The notes under the pieces: model-generated
Told to the model about the DNA's origin: nothing
Databases searched by the model: none
The model's input: the letters and a program-made list of their open reading frames with translations, nothing else
Source of the DNA: Pontixanthobacter sp.
GTDB lineage: Bacteria; Pseudomonadota; Alphaproteobacteria; Sphingomonadales; Sphingomonadaceae
Assembly (NCBI GenBank): GCA_049650705.1
Contig: JBASAR010000035.1
Location: 1-59,684 of the forward strand
Length of the DNA: 59,684 bases
Direction: 5' to 3'
In this document: in pieces, positions 9,946 through 20,374 of the stretch
How the letters are laid out: each line of letters opens with the position of its first letter
Numbering within the stretch: the first letter of the stretch is position 1
Made by a program: the position numbers and the translations under genes

Positions 9946-10536
9946 ATGAACCGCAAACCCGTTTTCGATAGCGTACGGCATATGTTGGGCCGGGGGTTCC
10001 GGCACGGTGAAATCGCCCAATTGGATCGCGCGATCGACTGTGCGATCGAAAACGTGGAACATTGCGATCCTGTCGCCATTCGCGCCATCGGGCCAGCGGG
10101 CACTGCATTGATCAAGCAGTTCGAAGGTCTGGCACGGCTGCGAGACGACGGGCTGGTCGCGGCATATCCCGATCCCGGCACCGGCGGCGAACCCTGGACA
10201 ATCGGATGGGGCGCCACGGGCCGGGGTATCACACGTGGTACCTTGTGGACGCGGGCGCAATGCGACACCCGGCTGGAACGTGATCTAGTCCGCTATGCCG
10301 ACGACGTGTCGCTGGCGATCGGCGATGCTACGACAAGCCAGAACCAGTTCGATGCGCTGGTCAGTTTTCACTACAATACCGGTGCGATCGGTCGCGCAAC
10401 CTTGACCAAGAGGCATCGCGCCGGCGAATGCGAAGCGGCGGCGTCGGAATTCGGCCGATGGATATATGCCGGCGGTCGCATCTTGAACGGACTTGTCAGG
10501 CGGCGAACCGCAGAGGCGGCGCTGTATCGCGCATGA
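9946..10536 (+). CDS. GH24 phage-type lysozyme
   Basis: LIKQFEG...AYPDPGTGGEPWTIGWG, QNQFDALVSFHYNTG, W.YAGGRILNGLVRRR.AE.ALY. Confidence 0.9.
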   Translation: MNRKPVFDSVRHMLGRGFRHGEIAQLDRAIDCAIENVEHCDPVAIRAIGPAGTALIKQFEGLARLRDDGLVAAYPDPGTGGEPWTIGWGATGRGITRGTLWTRAQCDTRLERDLVRYADDVSLAIGDATTSQNQFDALVSFHYNTGAIGRATLTKRHRAGECEAAASEFGRWIYAGGRILNGLVRRRTAEAALYRA

Positions 10537-10551
10537 TGGCAGCTCAACGCG

Positions 10552-13500
10552 TCAATAATCACGGCTGACTTCCGCCACCACGCTTTCCCGCCCGATCGTG
10601 GATATGGAAGCCAGTAGCGAGAGCCAGCCAGTTACCCGGAATTCCGCTTCCGTCGCACTGTAACCGCGGCCATCGGTAATGATTTCGGCATAGAAGCGTC
10701 GCCCGAAATTCTTGCCCAAGGCCACACCCGTGCCGCGGCCCAAAGCGGGATCGGGTCCGACGATCCGCAAACGGTCAAGACCGATGGCGGTCCGAAGCTG
10801 GTTGATCGGATCGACATCCGCCCCGCCCCGCAAACTGGCGAGCGCGGTGCCCAATTGCAGCGCGTCGGTGGCGGACAGTTCGGTGATGGAGCCACCGAAC
10901 AGCAATTGGGCGAGGATTTCCTCTTCGGGCAAAGCAGGTGTCGAGGTGAAACGGATTTCCGGCGATTGCGCGTTGCCCTGCACGATTGCGGTTACGTCCA
11001 GCCCCGCGCCTTCCGTTTCGGCGGCGATATCCACGCGGGGGTCGATCGGCAGGTTCGCATCGAAATCAATCCGACCGCGCGTCAGTTCGAAGCGGGTACC
11101 GGCGAAGCTGTAGATACCCTGGACGACCCGCGCCTGACCGCCGATGCGCGGATCGTCGGTGGTTCCCCGCACAATAATATCGGCCCGCCATTCGCTATCC
11201 AGGCCAAGTCCATCCACGTTGATGCGGTTGTTGCCCCGCGCATCGATCAGATATCGCCAGGGCTGACGGCGCGTGCGCGGGGGTGCGATATCGGGCGGTA
11301 AATTGATCTCGCGCGTCGGGATGCGGGGCAATTCGGCAGCGGCGGTTGCCCGGCCCAGCTGCCAGCTAGCGCGTTCAATCTCCACCCGCCCCGCAATCGT
11401 TCCGCCCAACCCGTTCGACACGATCCGCAAAGGACCGGTGATCGTGGCATCCAATCCGTTGGCATTGAGCAGGCGTGCGTTTCGGGCTGCCACACGAATG
11501 TCGATAGTCGGTCCTTTCGTTCCCAAACCCTGCAGATCGACGATACCGCTGCCGCTCACCGTGCCGTCATTAGCGGTCCGCCCAGCGAAACGGGTTATGC
11601 GCAGGCGCGATCCGGCAAAACTGCCGCGCGCGCGGACGTTGCGAATATCGGTACCGGACAGCGCGCTGCGCAATCGCAGATCGTCGCTCTTCATCGATCC
11701 ACGCACGCGCGGGTTGGCCAGCGTTCCGGTGACATTAGCCGCGACGGCGACCGGCCCGGTCAGATCGAACGCTTCGATCGCCAACAGCCGCCAAAGTGCC
11801 GATGCCGGCCCGCCGAACCGTAATTGCGCGCGCAGGTCGCCGCGTTGCAATCGTGCTGCAATAGGACCGCTTTGCGCAAGATTGCCGATGCGCGCCTGCA
11901 GCCGCCCGCGTCGTTCGCCATCTTCGCTGATCGTCGCGCGCGCTTCCAGATCGTCGGGCGTCAATTGCGAAATCAGGGCCAGATCGATCGGACGCGAGGT
12001 CAGGACAAGACCGGATCGGGCGAGGTTTTCGACCATGAGCGTGGCGCTTCCGCTTGGCACGCCCCCCTGCACCGCATCGTAGGCAATCTTTCCCGACACC
12101 GTTCCACCTAGCCCGAAATCGGCAACCGCCAGATCGATCAGGGACAGCGGCATGTCGTCGAGCGCCAGATCGATCGCGGTTCGCCGTCCACCCAACTCAC
12201 CGGCGATCAACGCCGCACCGTTTCCGTATGTCAGCAATGTCTGAGCCAGTCGCCAGCCGCCGTCGTCTTGCGCGGTGAAAACGGCCCGGCGCGGCATCGC
12301 GATACGCGCACCCCCGAACTCGCCGCGCGTGGCCAACGCGATGCGACCGGGCTCGATTGCCGCATTCGCCTGTAGATTGAAGCGGCTGCCACGGCGCCCC
12401 GCAAGCGATGCGGTAATGGTTCCGCGCCCGTTTTCGACCGCGCCCGCCGCTGCCAGCCGCCCGACGAACACGCCCCCCGCGCTGACCCCCTGCGCCGTTA
12501 CGCTGCCCTCGAGCGTACTGATGCCGGACTTCAGGAAGCCGCGACCATCGATGTCGGCCGAGGCGATGGCGATGGGGCTAGCCCCGCCGAACCGGGCGTC
12601 GCGCGCGGTTGCGTCGATCGCGAAACCTTGCCCGCCATCGCGCGCTTCCAATGCAATCCGCCCATCGAGGCCGCCGCCGGCAAGGTTCAGATTGCCGTTC
12701 GCGCCCCCGGCGGCCAGCGTTATGTCGCCTCGCACCGCCGTCTCCCACACGTTCAGCCGGTCGATGGCGATACGCGTTGGCCCTCCGGCGGGGGCGAACA
12801 GGCTGAGCGAACCGTCGAATGGGCCCAGCGTGGATTCGCCCGAAGTCTCGATGGCGAACCGATCGCCGTCAGGCCTGATCGCAACCCGCACGTCCCGCAG
12901 TCCGGCGGTAGGCAAGGGATCGGCGAACACCAGTTCGGCGGTCGGTCCACTATCGTCGAGCGAACCTTCGACGGTGAAATCCCCATATTCGCGATGCACG
13001 CCCCGCCCGGCCAGCGTCGTCGTATTGCGCACGATCCGGCCATCGAGCACCGCCGTCAATTCGCGTGCGACCACGTTCACGTTGCGCAAATCGAGCGGGC
13101 TGCCCGCCCCGATCGACAGCACGCCGCTCGTCCGGATTTCCGGCCCAGCCAGATTGGCGAGCGTGCGGTTGGCGACACTAGCCAGCCTTGCATCGAAACT
13201 GGTCTTTAGCGCCCAGATGCCGCCCCGCCGGGTTTCGAAATCGATCCGCCCATCCCCGTTCAATAAACCGAAATTGGGCACCGCCAGCCTTTGTACGTCA
13301 ACCGGCCCGGTCAATCGATAGCGCGCCGCCGCCAGATCGCCGCGCAGGTCGAGATCGGCCTGGATATCGGGAAAGTCGATCCGCAGGCTGTCGGATACAA
13401 CACGCGTACCTGCAAGGCGGAGGGTCCCATCCAGCGTGCCGATGCGCAATTTACGATCGACGAAAGCGGCGTTGCGCACGATCCCGGTTGTGTCGACCGC

Positions 13501-14757
13501 GCCGATCCGGGCCGATAACGGTATGGTCCAGACCGCGCCATCATATGTCGCGACACCGCTCTGATCGATGTTCGCCAACACAACGTCCGCCGCGTCCAGC
13601 CGGTCCGCGGTTAGCCTGTGATCGATCGCGAGGTCGTCGAAAGCCCCCTCGGCCCTCCCCGATAAAGTTGCGCCGGTCATCCGGATATCCCGCCCGAACA
13701 GTTGCGGATCGCGAAGCTCGGCCTGGAAATCGAAGTCGCGTATCGCATTTTCGGCCAGATCGATTGCGCCGGCTCCCTTCACCTGCAGGCCCCGCCCGCG
13801 CAGCGCGATGCCGCCATTCCATTGCCGGTCGGCGAAGCGCCCGACCGCGCCCATCGCTACCCTCCGCCCCGCGGCGCGCGCACCGAGGCCGGTGAGCAGG
13901 TCCTGCGGTGCCACTTGTCCCTTGATTCGGTAGAGCCCGTCGGTTTGCACGATATCCAGGGCCGCCAAACGATCGCCGGCACGGTCGACGATCAGGTCGC
14001 CGGCCCATTTCGCATAATTGCCCCGTCCATCGATCTTCGCGACATAGCTTTCTTCGACGCCCAGCAATTTGGCCAGGACACCCCCGGCCTGCGCAGCATA
14101 GTCGAGCTCGACGTCGAACCGATCCGCGTCCGGACGGGCGTCGAGCAGAAGCGCCAACCGATCCCGCGCCCCCAGATCGCCTGTTGCTTTCACGAATGCC
14201 CGACCGCCGCGTATATCGATGTTCGCTGCGAAGCCGATCATGGGCGAAGCGTCGCCGACAATGCCGGGGGCCAGTACCAATTCCTTGATCCGGAGATCGC
14301 CAATTCGAATATCGAAGCTGGGCAGGATCGGTGCGTCGGGGTCGCCTGGCAATAATTCGGGCAAACGCGACAACCGGCCGCGCCGTGCAACAAGCGATTC
14401 GATATCAAGGCCGCTCGAGAACCATGCGAAGGGGTTCCAGTCGACGGCAACCTCTTCTAACCGCAGAAACTCTCCCTTCGGATCGCGCAGGACAAGGTCG
14501 GACAATATCGCTTTGTTATAAATGCTGCCTTCGATCGCGCCGATGGAGATACGCAACCCCGACGCAGGCTCAGCGCTTTCGATCCGGTCGGCGATCCAGC
14601 GTTTGCCCGGCGGGGTATCGAGCCCGGCGATCAGCGCCGTCAGCAGAAGAACGGCGGCGACAACGAAGCCCAGCGCCCATTTTACGACACGCAATGCGGT
14701 GCGGCGGCGCGACGATGCGGTAGGTTCTTCGATGTTCTCCGGGGCAATCGCGTCCAT
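10552..14757 (-). CDS. tamB: Translocation and assembly module TamB
   Basis: 1401 aa, N-terminal TM anchor, beta-taco-like repeats, C-terminal DUF490-like FTSTPALPEEEILAQLLFG; directly follows tamA. Confidence 0.9.
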   Translation of the reverse strand: MDAIAPENIEEPTASSRRRTALRVVKWALGFVVAAVLLLTALIAGLDTPPGKRWIADRIESAEPASGLRISIGAIEGSIYNKAILSDLVLRDPKGEFLRLEEVAVDWNPFAWFSSGLDIESLVARRGRLSRLPELLPGDPDAPILPSFDIRIGDLRIKELVLAPGIVGDASPMIGFAANIDIRGGRAFVKATGDLGARDRLALLLDARPDADRFDVELDYAAQAGGVLAKLLGVEESYVAKIDGRGNYAKWAGDLIVDRAGDRLAALDIVQTDGLYRIKGQVAPQDLLTGLGARAAGRRVAMGAVGRFADRQWNGGIALRGRGLQVKGAGAIDLAENAIRDFDFQAELRDPQLFGRDIRMTGATLSGRAEGAFDDLAIDHRLTADRLDAADVVLANIDQSGVATYDGAVWTIPLSARIGAVDTTGIVRNAAFVDRKLRIGTLDGTLRLAGTRVVSDSLRIDFPDIQADLDLRGDLAAARYRLTGPVDVQRLAVPNFGLLNGDGRIDFETRRGGIWALKTSFDARLASVANRTLANLAGPEIRTSGVLSIGAGSPLDLRNVNVVARELTAVLDGRIVRNTTTLAGRGVHREYGDFTVEGSLDDSGPTAELVFADPLPTAGLRDVRVAIRPDGDRFAIETSGESTLGPFDGSLSLFAPAGGPTRIAIDRLNVWETAVRGDITLAAGGANGNLNLAGGGLDGRIALEARDGGQGFAIDATARDARFGGASPIAIASADIDGRGFLKSGISTLEGSVTAQGVSAGGVFVGRLAAAGAVENGRGTITASLAGRRGSRFNLQANAAIEPGRIALATRGEFGGARIAMPRRAVFTAQDDGGWRLAQTLLTYGNGAALIAGELGGRRTAIDLALDDMPLSLIDLAVADFGLGGTVSGKIAYDAVQGGVPSGSATLMVENLARSGLVLTSRPIDLALISQLTPDDLEARATISEDGERRGRLQARIGNLAQSGPIAARLQRGDLRAQLRFGGPASALWRLLAIEAFDLTGPVAVAANVTGTLANPRVRGSMKSDDLRLRSALSGTDIRNVRARGSFAGSRLRITRFAGRTANDGTVSGSGIVDLQGLGTKGPTIDIRVAARNARLLNANGLDATITGPLRIVSNGLGGTIAGRVEIERASWQLGRATAAAELPRIPTREINLPPDIAPPRTRRQPWRYLIDARGNNRINVDGLGLDSEWRADIIVRGTTDDPRIGGQARVVQGIYSFAGTRFELTRGRIDFDANLPIDPRVDIAAETEGAGLDVTAIVQGNAQSPEIRFTSTPALPEEEILAQLLFGGSITELSATDALQLGTALASLRGGADVDPINQLRTAIGLDRLRIVGPDPALGRGTGVALGKNFGRRFYAEIITDGRGYSATEAEFRVTGWLSLLASISTIGRESVVAEVSRDY

Positions 14758-17147
14758 CAGAACGCCTGACCCAGCGAAACGTAAACGCCCACCGGATTAT
14801 CGTTCGGCCCCGGATTGATCGGCACGCCGACATCGACCCGGATCGGTCCGAAGCCGGTCACGTACCGCACGCCGATGCCTGCCCCAAGCTTGATCTCATC
14901 AAGATCGGGCGTTGGCGACGTGCTGACGGAACCGGCATCCACAAACGGAACGACGGACAGGGCACCGTCGAAAAAACCGGTGGCGATGCGCGCTTCCAGC
15001 GAAAATTCGACGACCGAGCGCCCACCGTTCGGCTGGTCGGCGATATCGCGCGGTCCGATCTGCTGGAAGCCGTAGCCGCGCACGGACGATCCGCCGCCCG
15101 CGTAATAGCGGCGCGACGGGGCGATGTTGAAAATCTGCGTCCCCGGTATCGAACCCAACCGCGTGCGTCCGGCCATCACCACACGGTCGGTGACACGCCG
15201 GTAGTAGCTCGCATCAATCTGACTGCGGAGATAGAAACTGGTGGTGCCCTGGCTCTGCGAAATTTCGGGCGACAGCCGCCCGCCCAAACGGAAGCCGCGC
15301 GTCGGGTCGAGCAGATCGTCGCTGGTATCGATCAGCGCACCGACCGGCAGGGCACCGACGAAATACGCTTGACGCGGGCGGCGGATGCCGTTCACTTCGG
15401 GCGGACGTTCGTCGGTCGCGATGGCTTCGAACCCGAAGCTCCAGCTCAATGGTTTCTGGAACAACAGCGTGGACGCCTGTTCGTAGGATGCGACGAACGC
15501 GACCGACTGCGCATCGAACGCATCGCTGTCGATCGTGGTGGCGTAGGCATCGAGATTGAGCACCCGGTCCCGCCCGCCGAAATTGCTTTTGCGGAACGTG
15601 ACCCCGGCGAGCTGTTCCTGCGTACCGACGATGCCCCTGAACTTCAGCGCACCTTCGGGTGGAAACAGATTGCGATGTTCCCAACTGGCCTGCAGACGGA
15701 ACCCCTCTTCCGATCCGTAACCGATCGCGCCGGAGACGGTTCGTACAGGCGCTCTGGTCATTTGCACGTCCAGCGCGACCACGCCCGGTTCGTCGCCCTG
15801 CGGCGCCACCACTTCGCGCCGTGCGATCGACAGGGAGGAAATCAGTCCGGTGGCGGTGATGGCGCGCCGCAGGTCGAGCTGGCGGCTTCGCTGAAAAATG
15901 TCGCCCGGTTCGAACCGTGCGATGGAGGCGAGATGGTCGCCGGGAAGGAAGCCGGGTATCGAACTGGTCACTTCGCCGAACACATATTTGCCGCCGGGCG
16001 TCACCGGCAACGTCAGATCGCCGGTCGCAGCACGGTGATCGATCAGCAAATCGGATTCGCCGATCACGGCAAAGGGGTAACCGCTTTCCCCCAATGCGCG
16101 ATCGAGATCGTATCGTTCCGCCGTAATCGCGTCGCTCGAAACGGGATCGCCGGTCGCAATTTCGAAAGTCGTGCGCAATTCGCCGTAATCCGGCGCCCGC
16201 GCCAGATCGCCCAGATCGATCGCGCCGATCCGATAACGCTGCCCCGGCAAAATATCGAACCGCACCTGCGCGCCGCTATCCGTATCGGGCGTCTCCCCCG
16301 CCGCCCCGGCCGGTTCCGCTACGACCGAACGAAGGATCTGCGCGTCGTAATACCCATAGACGCGCAGCAATTCGTTCAGCAATTGCTCGTCGGCACGGGC
16401 GCGTGCGCTCAATTGCGCGATATTTTCATCGTCCCCTTCCAGCTCCTCGATCGTCGACAGGGCTTCGAACCGAGACACGAAGGCCGTACCTTCGGGGAAA
16501 GCACGCTGGTCGGAGGGGAATGCCAGCACCAGTTCGTCGTTCACTTCCACGATCCGCGCATTGCGATCGGTCTGGGTGAAAGGAATTTCGGGTTCGGCGA
16601 ATTCGATGACGTCCGTTTCGGCGAAACTTTCGAGTCGGTCCGGTTCGATTCGCGGTATCGTCAGATCGTCCGGCCAGTCGATTGCGATTTCGGGCATTTC
16701 GGCCATCGGGATGGTTTCGATGGCCATCGCATCATTATCGGCGAATTCGGCTTCCCCATCATCGCGTCCGATCTCGACACTGCTTTCGGCGTTGTCCTGG
16801 GACCCGTCGGCGGCGGCGAAATCGGGGTCGGCGGCAAAATCCGCGTCTCGTATGTCGGCGTCCAGCGTATCAGCCAATATCGGATCGGTCGGGAAGGACG
16901 CATCGGCTGGGCCGGCACCATCGCGGGCCCATTCTTCCGGATTATCGACCGCCGAGTCCGGGATGAGATCCTCCAACCGCTGCGGCACGTCCTGCGCCAT
17001 GGCAGGGGCGGCGGTGGCAGACAGCAGTGCGACGCAAAGCGACAGCGTCGAGACGCGCCTATTGATTGATGCGGTAGTGGTCGGCCGCGCCGTCCTTGCT
17101 CGCGGTTGATGGGGCCCGATCACCACCCGTTGTGGCGGCGCTGGCAT
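14757..17147 (-). CDS. tamA: Omp85-family outer membrane protein TamA (start uncertain)
   Basis: Signal peptide ..AAPAMAQ, POTRA-like GYYDA and [16 protein letters not shown] motif, C-terminal YVSLGQAF. Confidence 0.88.
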   Translation of the reverse strand: MPAPPQRVVIGPHQPRARTARPTTTASINRRVSTLSLCVALLSATAAPAMAQDVPQRLEDLIPDSAVDNPEEWARDGAGPADASFPTDPILADTLDADIRDADFAADPDFAAADGSQDNAESSVEIGRDDGEAEFADNDAMAIETIPMAEMPEIAIDWPDDLTIPRIEPDRLESFAETDVIEFAEPEIPFTQTDRNARIVEVNDELVLAFPSDQRAFPEGTAFVSRFEALSTIEELEGDDENIAQLSARARADEQLLNELLRVYGYYDAQILRSVVAEPAGAAGETPDTDSGAQVRFDILPGQRYRIGAIDLGDLARAPDYGELRTTFEIATGDPVSSDAITAERYDLDRALGESGYPFAVIGESDLLIDHRAATGDLTLPVTPGGKYVFGEVTSSIPGFLPGDHLASIARFEPGDIFQRSRQLDLRRAITATGLISSLSIARREVVAPQGDEPGVVALDVQMTRAPVRTVSGAIGYGSEEGFRLQASWEHRNLFPPEGALKFRGIVGTQEQLAGVTFRKSNFGGRDRVLNLDAYATTIDSDAFDAQSVAFVASYEQASTLLFQKPLSWSFGFEAIATDERPPEVNGIRRPRQAYFVGALPVGALIDTSDDLLDPTRGFRLGGRLSPEISQSQGTTSFYLRSQIDASYYRRVTDRVVMAGRTRLGSIPGTQIFNIAPSRRYYAGGGSSVRGYGFQQIGPRDIADQPNGGRSVVEFSLEARIATGFFDGALSVVPFVDAGSVSTSPTPDLDEIKLGAGIGVRYVTGFGPIRVDVGVPINPGPNDNPVGVYVSLGQAF

Positions 17148-17916
17148 CGGCGATAAGCGCGCCCTGTTCGGCCCGCGACATGCGCCGCCATCCATCGCGG
17201 GTAAGCCGTTCAAGGGGGCGATACCGGATCTTGTAGCGCATCCGGTCCGATCCGTGCACCCAATAGCCGAGATAGACATAGGGCAGCCCCTGGGCCGCCG
17301 CGCGCTTGATGTGGTCGAGGATGATGTAGTTACCAAGACCGGATCGCGCCTCATGTTCGGGATCGTAGAAACTGTAGATCATGGACAGGCCATCCGCCTG
17401 CAGATCCGTCACACAGGCACCGATCAACCGGCCGGGTTGTCCGTTGGCCTGCCCCTCTTCCGCTGGTTCCCTATATTCGATGACCTGGCTATTAACAGGG
17501 GTGTGTTCGACCATGTCGGCATAATCGATTTCCTCCATTGCCGCCATGCCGCCGCCGGGATGCCGTACGGCGAGATATCTGCGCAGGAGTTCGAACTGTT
17601 CCTCGGTCGCCCACGGTCGCCGCTCGATGGTTACCAGATCGGCATTCCGGCGCATGTTGCGGCGCTGCGTCGTGCTGGGGGCGAAATCCATCGCGGCCAC
17701 GCGCACTGAAATGCAGGCGTTGCAGCCTGCGCAGCTGGGCCGATAGGCGACCGTCTGGCTGCGGCGAAAGCCGATCCGACTTAGTGCATCGTTCAGTTCA
17801 TCCGAATGTTCGCCCTTCAGTTCCGTGAACACTTTGCGCTCGTCCCGCCCCGGTAGATAGGGGCAGGGTGCGGGGGTGGTCACGAAAAAGCGGGGGAAGC
17901 GAACAGGGGCCGTCAC
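17059..17916 (-). CDS. bpt: Bacterial ATE1-like aminoacyl-tRNA-protein transferase (Asp/Glu leucyltransferase)
   Basis: [51 protein letters not shown] start at 17916. Confidence 0.9.
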   Translation of the reverse strand: MTAPVRFPRFFVTTPAPCPYLPGRDERKVFTELKGEHSDELNDALSRIGFRRSQTVAYRPSCAGCNACISVRVAAMDFAPSTTQRRNMRRNADLVTIERRPWATEEQFELLRRYLAVRHPGGGMAAMEEIDYADMVEHTPVNSQVIEYREPAEEGQANGQPGRLIGACVTDLQADGLSMIYSFYDPEHEARSGLGNYIILDHIKRAAAQGLPYVYLGYWVHGSDRMRYKIRYRPLERLTRDGWRRMSRAEQGALIADASAATTGGDRAPSTASKDGAADHYRINQ

Positions 17917-17997
17917 GGGTCGATAAAATCCTTCGGAATGCATTGCATCGAACGATGCGTCGTTACGTTCCATGTTTATGACGCGAACGGACCTGCG

Positions 17998-18016
17998 GTA
18001 AAAGGTTTTTAACCAT
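17998..18016. promoter_or_regulatory. CtrA-box-like site upstream of bpt-tamAB
   Basis: GTAA-AAGGTTT-TTAACCAT, one mismatch to TTAA-N7-TTAAC with the extended CCAT. Confidence 0.5.
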
Positions 18017-18084
18017 AAGCGCGGCGCGGTCGTCGCATCTTGTGCACAATTTCGTCCAACCGGGCGGCAACGTCCCGTTCTGTG

Positions 18085-19326
18085 TCAGTTGAGTTCCACT
18101 TGATCGACGCTGTAACCGGCAGCCTTCAACGCGCGGGTCAATCCGTCCAGCTGATCCCGGTCGCGCGCTTCGCATTCGATATCGGTAATCAGGCCCTTCG
18201 CCGGCAAATGGGTGAAAACGCGCTGGTGATAGATCTCGATGATGTTGACGTTGTGATCGTCGAACACCCCCATCACCTTGTACAAGGCGCCAGGTCGGTC
18301 CTGCAGCGTGATCCGCAGCCGCGCCAACCGCCCCGATCGCGCAAGATCGCGCAGCAGGACATTGGCGAGCAGGCGCGTGTCGATATTGCCGCCACATAGC
18401 ACCAGACCGATATTCTTACCCGCGAACCGACCGGGATTGGCCATCACGGCGGCAAGGCCGGCGGCCCCCGCCCCTTCCACCACGGTCTTTTCGATCTGAA
18501 GCAGCAGCGACACCGCCTGCTCCAAAGCCGGTTCGGCCACCAGTAGTATATCATCGACCCGCTCGGCGATGATCTGCGACGTGAATGTGCCGGGCGATTT
18601 TACCGAGATACCTTCCGCCAACGAATCGCCGCCGCAGGGCAATTCGCGCCCGGTGAACCGTGAATACATTGACGGGTAGAGTTCCGCCTGGACGCCGATC
18701 ACCTCCATGTCCGGTTTCAGTGCGCGCGCGACCGTGGCCATGCCCGATATCAAACCGCCGCCCCCGATGGGCGTCACGATGCAGTCGAGATAGGGCGCGT
18801 CTTCGAACATTTCCAGCGCCACCGTACCCTGCCCCGCCGCGACTACCGGGTCGTCGAACGGATGCACGAAAGTAAGGCCGCGTTCCTGTTCCAGCAGCAA
18901 AGCGTGCGCATAGGCATCGTCGTAGCTTTCCCCCTCCAGCACTACGTCGCCGCCGACGCTGCGGGTCTGCATGATCTTCACGATCGGCGTTGGCCGGGGC
19001 ATGACGATGGTGACCGGCACGCCCAGTCGCCGCCCGTGATAGGACAAACCCTGCGAATGATTGCCTGCCGATGCCGCGATTACGCCGCGGGCCTTTTGCT
19101 CGTCCGTCAGTCGAAGCAATGCGTTGAGGGCGCCGCGTTCCTTATAAGCGGCGGTGAATTGCTGATTTTCGAATTTGAGCCAGATCTGCGCGCCGGTGAT
19201 TTCCGATAGGGTGATGGAATGCAGCGTCGGCGTGCGAACCACCGCCCCCCCGATCGCGGCGGCAGCATCGCGAACATGGGCCAGGGTTAGTTTGTCGGCG
19301 GCATGTTGAGAAGGGGCGGTTTTCAT
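18085..19326 (-). CDS. Threonine ammonia-lyase with C-terminal ACT domain
   Basis: PLP lysine motif KFEN.Q.TAAYKERGA, ASAGNH, PIGGGGL, LCGGNID, ACT LQDRPGAL. Confidence 0.93.
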   Translation of the reverse strand: MKTAPSQHAADKLTLAHVRDAAAAIGGAVVRTPTLHSITLSEITGAQIWLKFENQQFTAAYKERGALNALLRLTDEQKARGVIAASAGNHSQGLSYHGRRLGVPVTIVMPRPTPIVKIMQTRSVGGDVVLEGESYDDAYAHALLLEQERGLTFVHPFDDPVVAAGQGTVALEMFEDAPYLDCIVTPIGGGGLISGMATVARALKPDMEVIGVQAELYPSMYSRFTGRELPCGGDSLAEGISVKSPGTFTSQIIAERVDDILLVAEPALEQAVSLLLQIEKTVVEGAGAAGLAAVMANPGRFAGKNIGLVLCGGNIDTRLLANVLLRDLARSGRLARLRITLQDRPGALYKVMGVFDDHNVNIIEIYHQRVFTHLPAKGLITDIECEARDRDQLDGLTRALKAAGYSVDQVELN

Positions 19327-19468
19327 GGCGCGTTAGCGTACCTGCAAAGCGGGGGTGCGTGAACCGCGTTAAGGTTTGGCCTGCCGATGCATTTGCTATC
19401 CGGCCGCCGCCCCCGATGCGTGGCACGCATCAATTGTGTTTGACGTCGCGATTGCGTAACCGGTCGGT

Positions 19469-20374
19469 ATGACTGAACCGCTTCGTATTGCCTTTATCGG
19501 ACTTGGCGTGATGGGCGGGCCGATGGCCGGTCACCTTGCTGCCGCCGGCCACCATGTCGTGGCCTATAATCGCACCCAGTCCCGCGCGCAGGCGTGGCTG
19601 GAAGAACAGCGGGACGGCGGGCACGATTGCGCCATCGCCGATACGCCCGGACAAGCCGCCGAAGATTGCGACATGGCCATGATCTGCGTGGGCAATGACG
19701 ACGATCTGGCTGCGGTGCTGGACGGGAAAGATGGCGTGTTGTCCGCTCTGACCCCCGGGGCGATGCTGATCGACCATACGACCGTGTCGGCGAAGATGGC
19801 CCGCCAGGTTTACGATTCGGCAAAGACCGCCGGTATTTCGGCGTTGGATGCGCCGGTATCCGGGGGTCAGGCCGGGGCTCAAAAGGGCAGTCTGGCGATC
19901 ATGTGCGGTGGCACTGCAGAGGCGTTCGCGCGTGCCCAGCCTATCATGCAGGCGTATGGCGCGAATATCGTGCATGTCGGCGGGCCCGGTGCGGGGCAGA
20001 CGGCAAAGATGGCGAACCAGATGTGCATCGCCGGTACGTTGGCCGGCCTGGGCGAGGCGGTCCGCCTGGTTCAGGCATCGGACATAGATGCGGACAAAGT
20101 ATTGCAGGCGATATCGGGCGGCGCGGCGCAAAGCTGGCAAATGGACAATCGCTGGAACACCATGGTCGCGGATGAATTCGATTTCGGTTTCGCGATTGAT
20201 TGGATGCGTAAGGATCTGGGATATGCTTTGGATGAGGCACGCCGTCTGGGGCTCGAAAGCCCGACCACCCGAATGGTCGATGGATTTTATGCGGAATTGC
20301 AGGACATGGACGGTGCGCGGCAGGATACCAGCGCGCTGATACGACGCCTGCCGAAAGGACGGACAATATCATGA
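19469..20374 (+). CDS. NAD(P)-dependent 3-hydroxyisobutyrate dehydrogenase family oxidoreductase
   Basis: AFIGLGVMGGPMA, LDAPVSGGQAGA, GAGQTAKMANQ, WMRKDL. Confidence 0.9.
   Translation: MTEPLRIAFIGLGVMGGPMAGHLAAAGHHVVAYNRTQSRAQAWLEEQRDGGHDCAIADTPGQAAEDCDMAMICVGNDDDLAAVLDGKDGVLSALTPGAMLIDHTTVSAKMARQVYDSAKTAGISALDAPVSGGQAGAQKGSLAIMCGGTAEAFARAQPIMQAYGANIVHVGGPGAGQTAKMANQMCIAGTLAGLGEAVRLVQASDIDADKVLQAISGGAAQSWQMDNRWNTMVADEFDFGFAIDWMRKDLGYALDEARRLGLESPTTRMVDGFYAELQDMDGARQDTSALIRRLPKGRTIS

Noticed and set aside
9946..10536. Prophage suggested by the lysozyme
   Set aside because: No integrase, structural, holin or replication genes nearby, and no att-like repeats seen.
15369..17069. 566-aa plus-strand ORF
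   Set aside because: Antisense shadow of tamA with no recognisable motifs; expected in high-GC DNA.
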